From a virus (Duplodnaviria > Caudoviricetes): a stretch of 46,854 nt of DNA. The notes below the pieces were generated by a model. That model had not been told where the DNA came from. It did no database searches and saw nothing but the letters and a program-made list of their open reading frames with translations. Every line of letters begins with the position of its first letter. The stretch's first letter is position 1. The position numbers and the translations under genes were made by a program. The stretch lies in the IMG/VR virus record IMGVR_UViG_3300049893_001943, positions 1-46,854 of that record, one strand, 5' to 3'. Positions 35,508-43,902 of the stretch are shown piece after piece.

Positions 35508-37868
35508 TTATTCCTTTATTTGATTACTTGATGCGTTATCGGCGTTAACATTTTCCATCTTTGGACCTGGGAGCATTACCCAAGTACAACGACAATTAAT
35601 TGCCATAGCAGGAGTTGCCCCAGGGGCCCTTGGGTAATCGATTTCCTCGCCGGTTTTGGGTTCAGTGAAAGGGTCATCCACCGCACGGGTTTGGCCGTGC
35701 ATGTTGATATGGTCTTTCTGGTCACTTGTTTTTAGTCCTCTGACCCTATCATCTTGAGCAGTTATCCACATCTTTTGTAAGTTGGGGATAAGCTCCTTTG
35801 CATCTTTCATTGCAGCAGCTTGGCCCAGACTAACCGCCGTTAAAACTTCCGTTCTAGCAATCGTATTGGCCCGTGAATTGATCTTGTCAATATTGGTAAA
35901 ATCATCTGCAATTGCTTTAGCGATTTCTCCTATTGAAAAGTTTCTTTTAACTCCGTTTTCTATAACCCTCATAATTGATTCTGTCGTTGTATCATTCATC
36001 CGCGCAAATGTTTCTAAACCGCGAGCTTGAAGGATTAACCGCCTTTGCTTCTTATTTCTTTCCTGGAGAGCTTGTAGGGCCTCTCTGTCTTCAACGTCAA
36101 ATGGAACTTCGATTCCAGCTTTATAGCCTGTATCAATAGTTGCGCTTAGGCTGTCGGTGTAACCTTTTCTCCAATCGCCTTTGGTCTTTTCTAAGGCCCT
36201 AAAGATTTCATCCTTAAGCTTCTCTTCGTCTTCAATCTTGGCTTTGACGGACCAAGATCTCCTTCGGCCAGCTCCATCAGATTTGATATAGCTTTTGGCT
36301 TGTCTATAATTTTTCTCATCACTCATCCATTTTTTAACCGCTGGGATAACATCAAGAATCTGGTTTCCAAATGTTTCAACGGCCAGCTTGTAAACCGATG
36401 GCTCTGACTTTCCGGTCTGCTTTCTTACCTCGGCTTCTCGTTGATTGAACCAATTGCCGTTAGCCTTTACCCAGGTATCCCCAACTTCTTGCTGTGCCTT
36501 GAGACTAGCTAGATCTAGTTCAGAATTACCTAGAGGAACCTCCTTAGATTCCATAGGCTTATCTTCTTCTGGAGCAACTGGCTTTGAGAAGGTCGCAAAT
36601 GGGTCTAGAGCAGGAGCTTGGCTCCCAGGTAGTTTATCCCCACCCTCTAGCGGCGGGTCTTGCCAAACCGCTTCTCGAACCTCATTAAGCGTCCTGGTGT
36701 TTAGCATAACCGTTGCAAGATCAGCTTTGGCCTTTTTATCCTCTTGCAAAATGTCTACATCAGAATTGTCAAACTCTAAAAAGTGATCCTTGCCAAGCAT
36801 ATCTTGGAAAGCATGTGTCATTGTTCCAGAGATAAGCCGTTGGGTTGGAATAAGGGTCGAACTCCAGAAGTTTTTGAGAGCTGTCTTATACTCTTCGGAC
36901 CCAAGTGATCCCTGCTTTTGCAATCCGACTTCGTGCGGTGGAACCTTGAGAAGGGCTAGGATCGTTTCGCGGTTTTGGGAAATGTAGTCTTTTAACTGCT
37001 GATCTGAAAGGCTATGGGTAAGCTCCTTGACAGAAACGCCCTTAGGTAAAACCAGTGTTCTCCTCTGGTTTCTCCTGCCAGTATAGGCCCCCTCAAAGCT
37101 CTTTAGCATCCTGCCTAGCTGCTCTGTTGAAGCGGTATTTTCTTGCATCAAGGCAAGCCCTGGGGTTGCTCCCTTTTGGTAAAAGTTGTTTAGATACTCC
37201 TGGGACCAACGGTTAAACAATAATGGTCTTTGCCCTGGGATAAACGGAGAAAGCCCCCATATCATAGATGAAGGGTTGGGCCTTCGGACATGAATAATGT
37301 CTTTTGGGCTGAAGGACCATTGAAGCCGTTGGACTGGGTAGCCCTCTCGGTCAACGATTTCATAAGTTGCATAGCGTCTAATCCGTCCATCTTGGTCAAA
37401 ATCAATCTGTACAGATTCTACTGGAACATTAAAAATCTGAAGTTTACTTTGTTGATTCTCTAACTTCCATTGAACCCCGTTACCGATTAGCGTCAGGTCC
37501 ACAACGTGGACATACATCCAGCTATGGTAATCCTGATACTCATTGGGTCTTTCCAAAACCGCTTGTAATGGGTGGTCTTCCGCTGGCTCAACATTGGCCA
37601 CGCCATCATTCATTACTTGTTTCATCACCCTTAGGGGCTGTGACGATATTTTCATCGCAATAAGGTCGCAGACTATGAACACCCATTCTTCGCTATTAAA
37701 GAGGTTTTTTAGTTGAATTGGGTCAAGGAAACTTGTGTCATCCGTTGCCCATTTACCCGTGTTTTGAGTTTGGTTGGCTTGGTCCAAGGCAGAAGATTTT
37801 ATTTCTATCTGTCCTGACTCCTCCATTATGTCGCTTTCTGTATAATCTTGAGTCTCAATCGTCATCAT
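35508..37868 (-). CDS. HK97-type portal protein fused to a MuF (SPP1 gp7-like) minor head domain
   Basis: Portal: RPNEYQ, LIGNG, IIHVR, GLSP, FYQKGATPG, LKVPPHEVG, TLNEVRE. MuF: RANTIARTE, KMWITAQDDRVR, H, INCRC. One continuous frame. Confidence 0.92.
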   Translation of the reverse strand: MMTIETQDYTESDIMEESGQIEIKSSALDQANQTQNTGKWATDDTSFLDPIQLKNLFNSEEWVFIVCDLIAMKISSQPLRVMKQVMNDGVANVEPAEDHPLQAVLERPNEYQDYHSWMYVHVVDLTLIGNGVQWKLENQQSKLQIFNVPVESVQIDFDQDGRIRRYATYEIVDREGYPVQRLQWSFSPKDIIHVRRPNPSSMIWGLSPFIPGQRPLLFNRWSQEYLNNFYQKGATPGLALMQENTASTEQLGRMLKSFEGAYTGRRNQRRTLVLPKGVSVKELTHSLSDQQLKDYISQNRETILALLKVPPHEVGLQKQGSLGSEEYKTALKNFWSSTLIPTQRLISGTMTHAFQDMLGKDHFLEFDNSDVDILQEDKKAKADLATVMLNTRTLNEVREAVWQDPPLEGGDKLPGSQAPALDPFATFSKPVAPEEDKPMESKEVPLGNSELDLASLKAQQEVGDTWVKANGNWFNQREAEVRKQTGKSEPSVYKLAVETFGNQILDVIPAVKKWMSDEKNYRQAKSYIKSDGAGRRRSWSVKAKIEDEEKLKDEIFRALEKTKGDWRKGYTDSLSATIDTGYKAGIEVPFDVEDREALQALQERNKKQRRLILQARGLETFARMNDTTTESIMRVIENGVKRNFSIGEIAKAIADDFTNIDKINSRANTIARTEVLTAVSLGQAAAMKDAKELIPNLQKMWITAQDDRVRGLKTSDQKDHINMHGQTRAVDDPFTEPKTGEEIDYPRAPGATPAMAINCRCTWVMLPGPKMENVNADNASSNQIKE

Positions 37869-39246
37869 CGTCACCGTAGATAAGAGTGTGAATATCTTTA
37901 AAGTCTTGGCTCGGCGCATCGCCTATAAAATCTTCAACTGTTTTGACTTCAGATCCAAAATTAAACTGATTTACGCCATACCACGCAAGGAGGAGTGAGG
38001 ATATTGTATCATCATGTCTTCCGTCTGGAGCAGAATAGAACATCGCCCCAAGTTGATTAGTTTCCACGCTGTAAAATTCAAGTTCTTCCAACATTGTCCT
38101 CCACCGAGGCAAGAGAAGCCAAGCGTTTTCTATCGCAACGATTAAATCACTTACCATTTGGGTTTTAAGGGAATTTGTGAAGGTGATTCCGGTAACTGCA
38201 AATGGTAAGCCTTGAACCAGCTCATCAATGGCAGTACCCACTCCGGTCTTGTCGTGTAAGCAGTGAAGAACACTGTTAAAAGACTTCGCAAATTGCCAAA
38301 GTTTTTTTACAGCATTACCATAAGATACTTTGTTAAATCTCTCAAAGCCTACCACCTTTTTAGACAAAACATCAATAGCAAAAAAAACCGTGTAGTCAAC
38401 TGACTTAGCCCAATCAGCCCCGATAATTACCGTTTTTTGCTTGGCTTCTACATCGATCCATCGCTCGGTGTCAAGGTGGATACTCTCAAACTCATCTGGA
38501 TGTCCAAAAAGACAATTTTCAATACCGGAGAAAACACTTCCGTCATCTAAAAATTCTGCAAGGAAAAATTGTCTAAACAATCTATTGGGTAATTTTTTAC
38601 GGGCAAATTCTATATTTTCTCTTGGAACAAATGGATTGTCAGCCGTTGGCGCGGTTATAGCAATCATCTCAGGCTTGCGCTTTTCAAACTTTGCCCGTTC
38701 CATTTCCTCCTTGGCCTCTAGAAATTTTTTGTAAAACCAGTTTTTACCTAGCGGGGTTGAACACATAATCATGGGGCCACTTGTCATAGTAACCGTGGTT
38801 TTTGCTGCCGCATAGATATCTTCGGAGAGCTTGGCGCATTCATCCAGCACGTAACCAGCAACGGCTTCGCCTTCTATCGATTCCGCATTGCGACCATGAA
38901 AAAACTGCAAATTTGTATCGAGCAATGGGATATTGATATTTAGGCTAGACTTATTGTGTTTGGTCCAGGGCTTCGGGGGAAAGATCCGGCTGCAATATTT
39001 GTAACCGATCTTACTTTGGCTGTAGATCGGGCTGACCCACCTAAAAAGAGCTTGCCGCCTTCTTGGGGCTGCAAGGCAAAGGGCACTAGCTGCGCTAAGG
39101 CTTTTGCCGTATTTAGTCCCACTTGCTACGACGATCTCACGCAGCATTGGTGTTACTAGCCCGTTAATTATCTTGTTCTGACTCGCCGAATGGGCCGGGG
39201 GTATAATGATCTCTACTGTCTTGTGCGGTTTCCGAGTGTGCATCAA
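37855..39246 (-). CDS. terL: Terminase large subunit
   Basis: ASGTKYGKS Walker A variant, YVLDE Walker B, STP motif III, GADWAKSVDYT and HDD nuclease motifs. Confidence 0.93.
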   Translation of the reverse strand: MMHTRKPHKTVEIIIPPAHSASQNKIINGLVTPMLREIVVASGTKYGKSLSAASALCLAAPRRRQALFRWVSPIYSQSKIGYKYCSRIFPPKPWTKHNKSSLNINIPLLDTNLQFFHGRNAESIEGEAVAGYVLDECAKLSEDIYAAAKTTVTMTSGPMIMCSTPLGKNWFYKKFLEAKEEMERAKFEKRKPEMIAITAPTADNPFVPRENIEFARKKLPNRLFRQFFLAEFLDDGSVFSGIENCLFGHPDEFESIHLDTERWIDVEAKQKTVIIGADWAKSVDYTVFFAIDVLSKKVVGFERFNKVSYGNAVKKLWQFAKSFNSVLHCLHDKTGVGTAIDELVQGLPFAVTGITFTNSLKTQMVSDLIVAIENAWLLLPRWRTMLEELEFYSVETNQLGAMFYSAPDGRHDDTISSLLLAWYGVNQFNFGSEVKTVEDFIGDAPSQDFKDIHTLIYGDDDDD

Positions 39247-39634
39247 TTACCATCTCTCTTTGAATCTCGCCACCGTCCCCAATACGAGTCTTGAAAATGA
39301 CCTTTTCGGTTCCGGCTTCGATTTGTGGTTTGGCTAAGAGAGGGAATAAAACAATCTTACTGGCTTCTAATGCAAGCTTATCATTAGGGCCAAGCAAGAT
39401 ACTAATGATCCGGCGCAAAGCAAGTTCCTGGGCCTTGTCGGTAAGCGTATGGGTTTTTGCCATGGCAAGCTTGGCCATTTCGGCAAAATGCGGGTCTTTT
39501 TGGATGTCTAGAACGGCGTCAACTTCACAATTAATTTGCCTAGCGATTCCGCTTGCACTCATGCCAGGATAGCGAAGCATGGTGTGCATTACTTTTTTTT
39601 CATTCTCAGTTAGAGAAGCAAGATAATTTGACAT
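39164..39634 (-). CDS. Putative terminase small subunit
   Basis: N-terminal HTH (SASGIARQINCEVDAV), helical middle region; directly upstream of terL. Confidence 0.7.
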   Translation of the reverse strand: MSNYLASLTENEKKVMHTMLRYPGMSASGIARQINCEVDAVLDIQKDPHFAEMAKLAMAKTHTLTDKAQELALRRIISILLGPNDKLALEASKIVLFPLLAKPQIEAGTEKVIFKTRIGDGGEIQREMVIDAHSETAQDSRDHYTPGPFGESEQDN

Positions 39635-39646
39635 AATGTTATCACT

Positions 39647-39680
39647 TTATTGCAATATTGTTCTTTCAATATTGCAATAA
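39647..39680. promoter_or_regulatory. Perfect 14-bp inverted repeat upstream of terS candidate
   Basis: TTATTGCAATATTG-TTCTTT-CAATATTGCAATAA. Confidence 0.7.
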
Positions 39681-39692
39681 TTGATACTTAAT

Positions 39693-39854
39693 TCAAGTTC
39701 TTTCTTTGATAATATCTCTAACCAATGCACTTATTGACATGTCTTTTCTATTGGCTTCTTTTATTAAATGTTTATGAAACTCTTCATCGATGGTTATTGT
39801 GATTCTGATTTGTTTTGGTAGTGTTTTGGGTCGCCCTACTTTTTTATTTTTCAT
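39693..39854 (-). CDS. Ribbon-helix-helix (CopG/Arc-like) DNA-binding protein (53 aa)
   Basis: Hand translation MKNKKVGRPKTLPKQIRITITIDEEFHKHLIKEANRKDMSISALVRDIIKERT*. Confidence 0.8.
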   Translation of the reverse strand: MKNKKVGRPKTLPKQIRITITIDEEFHKHLIKEANRKDMSISALVRDIIKERT

Positions 39855-40140
39855 TACAAATATCCCTTTTACACCAAATTACATATTCTGGGTCTTCTTC
39901 AGACGTATCTATCAGAATGTCGTAATATTTAATTTTAAAAGCCGCTATCAGCGTTTTAGCATCCACAAGAGATTTACACCAATGCAAATAAAAATGCTGG
40001 GTTTTTTCTTCTTTTAAAATTTCTTTCCAGTCTTTATTTATGGGTATTAAATCTATTATCCCATGATCTTCAATTTCTCTCAAGAAAGAGGCGCAACTTG
40101 TATGCCACAACTGGTTGAGTTCTTTTGTTGTAAATTTCAT
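39844..40140 (-). CDS. Hypothetical protein
   Basis: 98-aa ORF, ATGA-coupled. Confidence 0.65.
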   Translation of the reverse strand: MKFTTKELNQLWHTSCASFLREIEDHGIIDLIPINKDWKEILKEEKTQHFYLHWCKSLVDAKTLIAAFKIKYYDILIDTSEEDPEYVIWCKRDICNEK

Positions 40141-40499
40141 ATTTCACCTGTTAAAGCTGCTGCTTTTATTGCTTCTGAAGCCGTTTCAAACTTTTCGCAC
40201 ACCATTTTTTCTGTTGTTATTTCACGGACCACAAAATATTTTCTGCATCTTGTAGCCCGATTACTACTACTATAATAATCTGCCCCGAACTCGATCGGAT
40301 CTCCCACCTTCAAATCGTTGATCATATAAAAATATTCACCTTTCGCTTTTGGTAAAAAGACGCGACCAAGACCGCCTGGACCTGTCGGGTCTTTTTTTAT
40401 TTTGGCCAGCCAATTTTTGCCTCGGCGGTGACTTTCCCATGCGGGGACTTGCGTCAAAGCCCCCAACTCAATTGAATATGTTCCAATGTTATTTTCCAT
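40137..40499 (-). CDS. Hypothetical protein
   Basis: 120-aa ORF with SD GGAG. Confidence 0.75.
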   Translation of the reverse strand: MENNIGTYSIELGALTQVPAWESHRRGKNWLAKIKKDPTGPGGLGRVFLPKAKGEYFYMINDLKVGDPIEFGADYYSSSNRATRCRKYFVVREITTEKMVCEKFETASEAIKAAALTGEI

Positions 40500-40526
40500 T
40501 TTTATTTCTCCATATATTTTTGAAAA

Positions 40527-40844
40527 TTAGCGAACCAAGTAGGAAACCGCGCCTTTGATTGTCCTGGCGTAGCTGCCTGGGAAATAGTCCGTCATGCTGT
40601 CGCGACCGTCATTACGGGTTGTGCAGTGTACACATACAGCCTTATCACCTTGGGTGTGCCAACTCACGATTCTATCGCCGGAAACGACTATGTAGGCTGA
40701 TGAATTTCTTTCGCTGTCTAGCAAGTCGGCTTCATCTTTAACGCCGCTTTGTCTCATGCTTTCGTAACTTTGCCCGCCTCGAATGATCTCGACATTGAGT
40801 CCGGCTTTTTTCATGGCATTGATGAGTCTCGTTTGGTTAAGCAT
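40527..40844 (-). CDS. Early hypothetical protein
   Basis: AAGGAG-A-rich leader before ATG 40844; downstream of promoter copy 1. Confidence 0.75.
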   Translation of the reverse strand: MLNQTRLINAMKKAGLNVEIIRGGQSYESMRQSGVKDEADLLDSERNSSAYIVVSGDRIVSWHTQGDKAVCVHCTTRNDGRDSMTDYFPGSYARTIKGAVSYLVR

Positions 40845-40887
40845 TTTTTTTCTCCTTGGCTGAGGCTTCATTGCCCTCTTGAAACCT

Positions 40888-40916
40888 ACAATAAGTTATG
40901 TGCTTAATTAAGTCAA
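40888..40916 (-). promoter_or_regulatory. sigma70-like early promoter, copy 1
   Basis: TTGACT-17 nt-TATTGT; near-identical copy at 41464-41492. Confidence 0.8.
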
Positions 40917-40919
40917 GAT

Positions 40920-40943
40920 AAAAAAGCTGCCTGTACGGCAGTT
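40920..40943 (-). terminator. Rho-independent terminator just upstream of promoter copy 1
   Basis: CTGCC-GTACA-GGCAG followed by CTTTTTT on the minus strand. Confidence 0.6.
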
Positions 40944-40950
40944 AAAAAAA

Positions 40951-41202
40951 TCAAAGAATACACTTCAACAATGGCTTTTCAAATCGATGATATCGATCAT
41001 TTGAATCGATTGGGGGATTTCTTAAAAAATCTATTAAAAATTCTCTTAACACTCTGAAAGATTGTTGAGAAACTTTATTCCCAGGCCATACGTTATTTAC
41101 ATAATTTTCTAAATCTTCTGGTTCTTCGAGCCTATCTTCTAAATACATATCTATTGCTGGATCGGTATAGGATTCAAACACTTGATAAAGATTCGTAATC
41201 AT
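40951..41202 (-). CDS. Hypothetical protein
   Basis: 83 aa; leader CCGCCAAGGA shared with neighbours. Confidence 0.7.
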   Translation of the reverse strand: MITNLYQVFESYTDPAIDMYLEDRLEEPEDLENYVNNVWPGNKVSQQSFRVLREFLIDFLRNPPIDSNDRYHRFEKPLLKCIL

Positions 41203-41229
41203 TTTTAATCCTTGGCGGTAGGGTTGGTT

Positions 41230-41418
41230 TTAGGCTTGAAGTCTGGCAATCTGAGCTTTTAAATCGCCTAGGGAATCGCTAGAAGCAATCTCTTTGAAAT
41301 TTTTACAAAAAGCTCTCCAAGTTGACTGCCGGAATGGTTTACTATGTGCATCTCTTTCTAAAAAAACTGACCCATTTTCCGACTTGTATTTTCCTGCTTT
41401 GACTTTAACGAATTTCAT
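41230..41418 (-). CDS. Early hypothetical protein
   Basis: AAGGAGAAAAAA-ATG (MKFVKVKAGKY) downstream of promoter copy 2. Confidence 0.75.
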   Translation of the reverse strand: MKFVKVKAGKYKSENGSVFLERDAHSKPFRQSTWRAFCKNFKEIASSDSLGDLKAQIARLQA

Positions 41419-41463
41419 TTTTTTCTCCTTGGCGGCGGGCTTTATTACCCTCTCTTGAAACCC

Positions 41464-41492
41464 ACAATAAGTTATGCGCTTAATTAAGTCAA
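41464..41492 (-). promoter_or_regulatory. sigma70-like early promoter, copy 2
   Basis: TTGACT-17 nt-TATTGT. Confidence 0.8.
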
Positions 41493-41495
41493 GAC

Positions 41496-41533
41496 AAAAA
41501 AAGGTAGGCCCCCAAAAAAAGAGAGGACCCACC
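41496..41533 (-). terminator. Rho-independent terminator just upstream of promoter copy 2
   Basis: Minus strand GGTGGGTCCTC...GGGGGCCTACC stem (with G-U pairs) followed by T7. Confidence 0.65.
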
Positions 41534-41550
41534 CAACGATGGAGATCGGA

Positions 41551-41814
41551 CTAGCTACCGCACCTAACAACTATGTAATAATCTTCATGTTTTATATAGA
41601 TCCCTTCCAAGGTCTTAGGTTCCCTGCCCTCATAGATGACCTGGTAGGACCCACCGCACACTTCGCGAGCCTTTTTGGACAAATCCTCTTTGTACATGGC
41701 CTCCCCGTATATCCCCGCCTTGACGCCTATAGTCTTAAGCCCGTCCTCTTCTCGGACAAGTCGCGAAGTAACGCACCCTGTCAAAAAAACCGTTGCTAAC
41801 GATATCTTCTTCAT
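41551..41814 (-). CDS. Small lipoprotein
   Basis: MKKISLATVFLTGC lipobox; two further Cys. Confidence 0.75.
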   Translation of the reverse strand: MKKISLATVFLTGCVTSRLVREEDGLKTIGVKAGIYGEAMYKEDLSKKAREVCGGSYQVIYEGREPKTLEGIYIKHEDYYIVVRCGS

Positions 41815-41996
41815 TGATTCACCCAATCCCTTATGCGCTCCCATTCCTTCATCACCCCTACAGCACAAGTAGAATCTGGATCTACTTCTATTATTGCGGT
41901 GGCTAGATCTTCCCCTACCTGTAAAAGAGCCTTTATCTTTAACTGTTGCATCATAACTCTGGATCTAAGAAAGATGATTTCTTTGTCATGCTCCAT
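41811..41996 (-). CDS. Hypothetical protein
   Basis: 61 aa, coupled to both neighbours. Confidence 0.65.
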   Translation of the reverse strand: MEHDKEIIFLRSRVMMQQLKIKALLQVGEDLATAIIEVDPDSTCAVGVMKEWERIRDWVNQ

Positions 41997-42352
41997 TAGT
42001 CGCCCCTTGAAAATACTGAATGGGTCAAGGCTTCATAGGTAGGATAGGTCTCAGCCCAAGATTGGTAATCAGGATGCGGAAAGCCACGAAAAGCCCAAGT
42101 TTCCCGATCCCGATAGTGGCGATCAATCGTTAGCTTAACCATCCGGCCCTCAAAATAATCGATATAAAGCCAAGCTCCTTTTAGATTGTCGCTGTGGTTT
42201 GTGGTCAACTTTTGTATTACTTCGTCAACTGTATAGACCTTTTCCTTGTAATGAATCTTACCTAAACCAACTGGTTTAGAAGCATTAATTGCAGCCGTAC
42301 AAACTTTATACACATCAAGCTCGGTGGCTTTGAACTTATATTCATTAGTCAT
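41996..42352 (-). CDS. Hypothetical protein
   Basis: 118 aa, SD GAGG. Confidence 0.75.
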   Translation of the reverse strand: MTNEYKFKATELDVYKVCTAAINASKPVGLGKIHYKEKVYTVDEVIQKLTTNHSDNLKGAWLYIDYFEGRMVKLTIDRHYRDRETWAFRGFPHPDYQSWAETYPTYEALTHSVFSRGD

Positions 42353-42558
42353 AGTTGAACCTCAATTCTATACATATCAAAACAACCCATCTCATCTGTC
42401 ACCGTTTCATACCTAGTTTCAAACTTGTTAATAACGGCTTTTTTAAGCGTTAAAAAAGTCTTAACGTCTTCGATCCTTTCGTAAGTTCCAACTGGAAGCC
42501 AAGCTCCTGGAAACGGCCCGCCATAGACAAATTTAGACTCAAAAATGTGGTAGATTAT
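42349..42558 (-). CDS. Hypothetical protein with apparent ATA start (69 aa)
   Basis: AAGGAGAAAAAA-ATA ATC TAC CAC...; frame open to a TGA overlapping the next ATG; no upstream in-frame ATG/GTG/TTG. Confidence 0.55.
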   Translation of the reverse strand: MIYHIFESKFVYGGPFPGAWLPVGTYERIEDVKTFLTLKKAVINKFETRYETVTDEMGCFDMYRIEVQL

Positions 42559-42668
42559 TTTTTTCTCCTTTTTCTTTCTATTATTTCAACTACTATTAAA
42601 ATAAAAAGATAAAACCCAGAAATAATCATGCTTGCATTGAAAATGACTTTTAAAAGTTCTTCTATCAC
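42555..42668 (-). CDS. Small single-TM peptide with basic tail (37 aa)
   Basis: Hand translation from GTG: MIEELLKVIFNASMIISGFYLFILIVVEIIERKRRKK*; GTGA overlap with the upstream stop. Confidence 0.55.
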   Translation of the reverse strand: MIEELLKVIFNASMIISGFYLFILIVVEIIERKRRKK

Positions 42669-43120
42669 CAAGCCCTCGATTGTTCGCAGATCCTAAATGA
42701 TACGAAAGTCCCGATAGCTCCGGACATCGCGGAACCCCAAGGGCCGCCTAGCTCAGTCCCCAAGATTGTCGCGGCTGCGACACCAGCCGCTACACAAGAG
42801 GCCATGTATTCTGTACCTTGGCCTTGTGCTTCTGCTTGCGCCCAAGTCCCAGCATTAAACCGCCCCTGCAACATGGGCTTAAGCTTATCCGATGCATAAT
42901 CCACCGCACCGTTCCAAATCTTACAACTGGCAATCTTGGCAGTCTCACAAGCCGCATATTCGACAGGCTCCCGCCCTCGGCACATCCTGCCAGGGTTCCC
43001 AAAAGTTGGGCATGGGTAGCGAAACTCTGCCGCTTTCCCACAATCGCTATTGCAATCAAAAGCATAGGAAGGAGTTGCTAAAAGTGCGGTGGCTAATACT
43101 ATTTTTTTAAGATATTTCAC
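42665..43120 (-). CDS. Secreted Cys-rich protein with C-terminal Gly/Ala hydrophobic hairpin
   Basis: Signal peptide MKYLKKIVLATALLATPSYA; 8 Cys; VAAGVAAATILGTELGGPWGSAMSGAIGTFVS. Confidence 0.75.
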   Translation of the reverse strand: MKYLKKIVLATALLATPSYAFDCNSDCGKAAEFRYPCPTFGNPGRMCRGREPVEYAACETAKIASCKIWNGAVDYASDKLKPMLQGRFNAGTWAQAEAQGQGTEYMASCVAAGVAAATILGTELGGPWGSAMSGAIGTFVSFRICEQSRAW

Positions 43121-43359
43121 ATCATATCCTTTTTAATCAAATCTTGTTTAACTTTATTTAAGGCTTTAACCAAATTATCTATCAATGAGATCTCTTCATA
43201 GTGTTCAATCATATTCATTAAATATGTAGTTAAAACGCTCATAGCTTCATAATCATTTTTACAATTTTTGTTTAAAATTTTCTCAATTTCTTCAATGCTA
43301 TTCCTCATAAATTTCAATTGTTCACTTCTAGGCCCTCTTTCTAAAACCCATTCACTCAT
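43117..43359 (-). CDS. Hypothetical protein
   Basis: 80 aa helical; SD AAGGA. Confidence 0.65.
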   Translation of the reverse strand: MSEWVLERGPRSEQLKFMRNSIEEIEKILNKNCKNDYEAMSVLTTYLMNMIEHYEEISLIDNLVKALNKVKQDLIKKDMM

Positions 43360-43461
43360 TTAGTTTTTTCCTTTTTTAATCCTTAGCATAAATTCTATAA
43401 ATAAAACCGTGAGGGCATATGACCCCACGAACATCCCCAAGCCCAATAGTATTTCTCTCAT
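43360..43461 (-). CDS. Small single-TM peptide with basic tail (33 aa)
   Basis: Hand translation MREILLGLGMFVGSYALTVLFIEFMLRIKKGKN*; tiles the gap exactly. Confidence 0.55.
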   Translation of the reverse strand: MREILLGLGMFVGSYALTVLFIEFMLRIKKGKN

Positions 43462-43652
43462 TATTTTAATCTCTTTGCCTGACTTAAAATGGCTAAAGTC
43501 TTTTTTTTTAGATCCTCATAATCTTGACTTTTTTTCCATTCTTCAAGAATTTCGTCTATTGTTTTTGGGTCGTAACGCTGATATTCCAACTCTTCTTTTA
43601 CAAATTTCAAAAGCCCCGTAATAAATCGATCGTTAATTTCTTTGCTATCCAT
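43461..43652 (-). CDS. Hypothetical protein
   Basis: 63 aa; SD GAGG. Confidence 0.65.
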   Translation of the reverse strand: MDSKEINDRFITGLLKFVKEELEYQRYDPKTIDEILEEWKKSQDYEDLKKKTLAILSQAKRLK

Positions 43653-43889
43653 TCAATGCCATACCTCATTATTTTTAACTACTATTTTAGCCTCAATATC
43701 AAAGCTTCTGAATTCAAGCTTATTCTTCACGGCGTCCTGCCAAAGTATGTCAATTACGGACTCTAACACCCAGGTTCGATGAGACGGGTTTTTTTCCATA
43801 TTACAGAACATTAAAACCGCATTAGAAAAGACCTCTATTAAGTCCACAGCGTTATCGGTTTCATCGATCACGCAATTAAGTATCTCCAT
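43653..43889 (-). CDS. Hypothetical protein
   Basis: ATG 43889 (MEILNC) avoids overlap with the upstream gene. Confidence 0.55.
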   Translation of the reverse strand: MEILNCVIDETDNAVDLIEVFSNAVLMFCNMEKNPSHRTWVLESVIDILWQDAVKNKLEFRSFDIEAKIVVKNNEVWH

Positions 43890-43902
43890 CGCTAATTCTT
43901 TT

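Noticed and set aside
35508-35600. MuF polymorphic toxin C-terminal domain
   Set aside because: Only about 23 residues follow the NCRC motif; no toxin domain or immunity gene.
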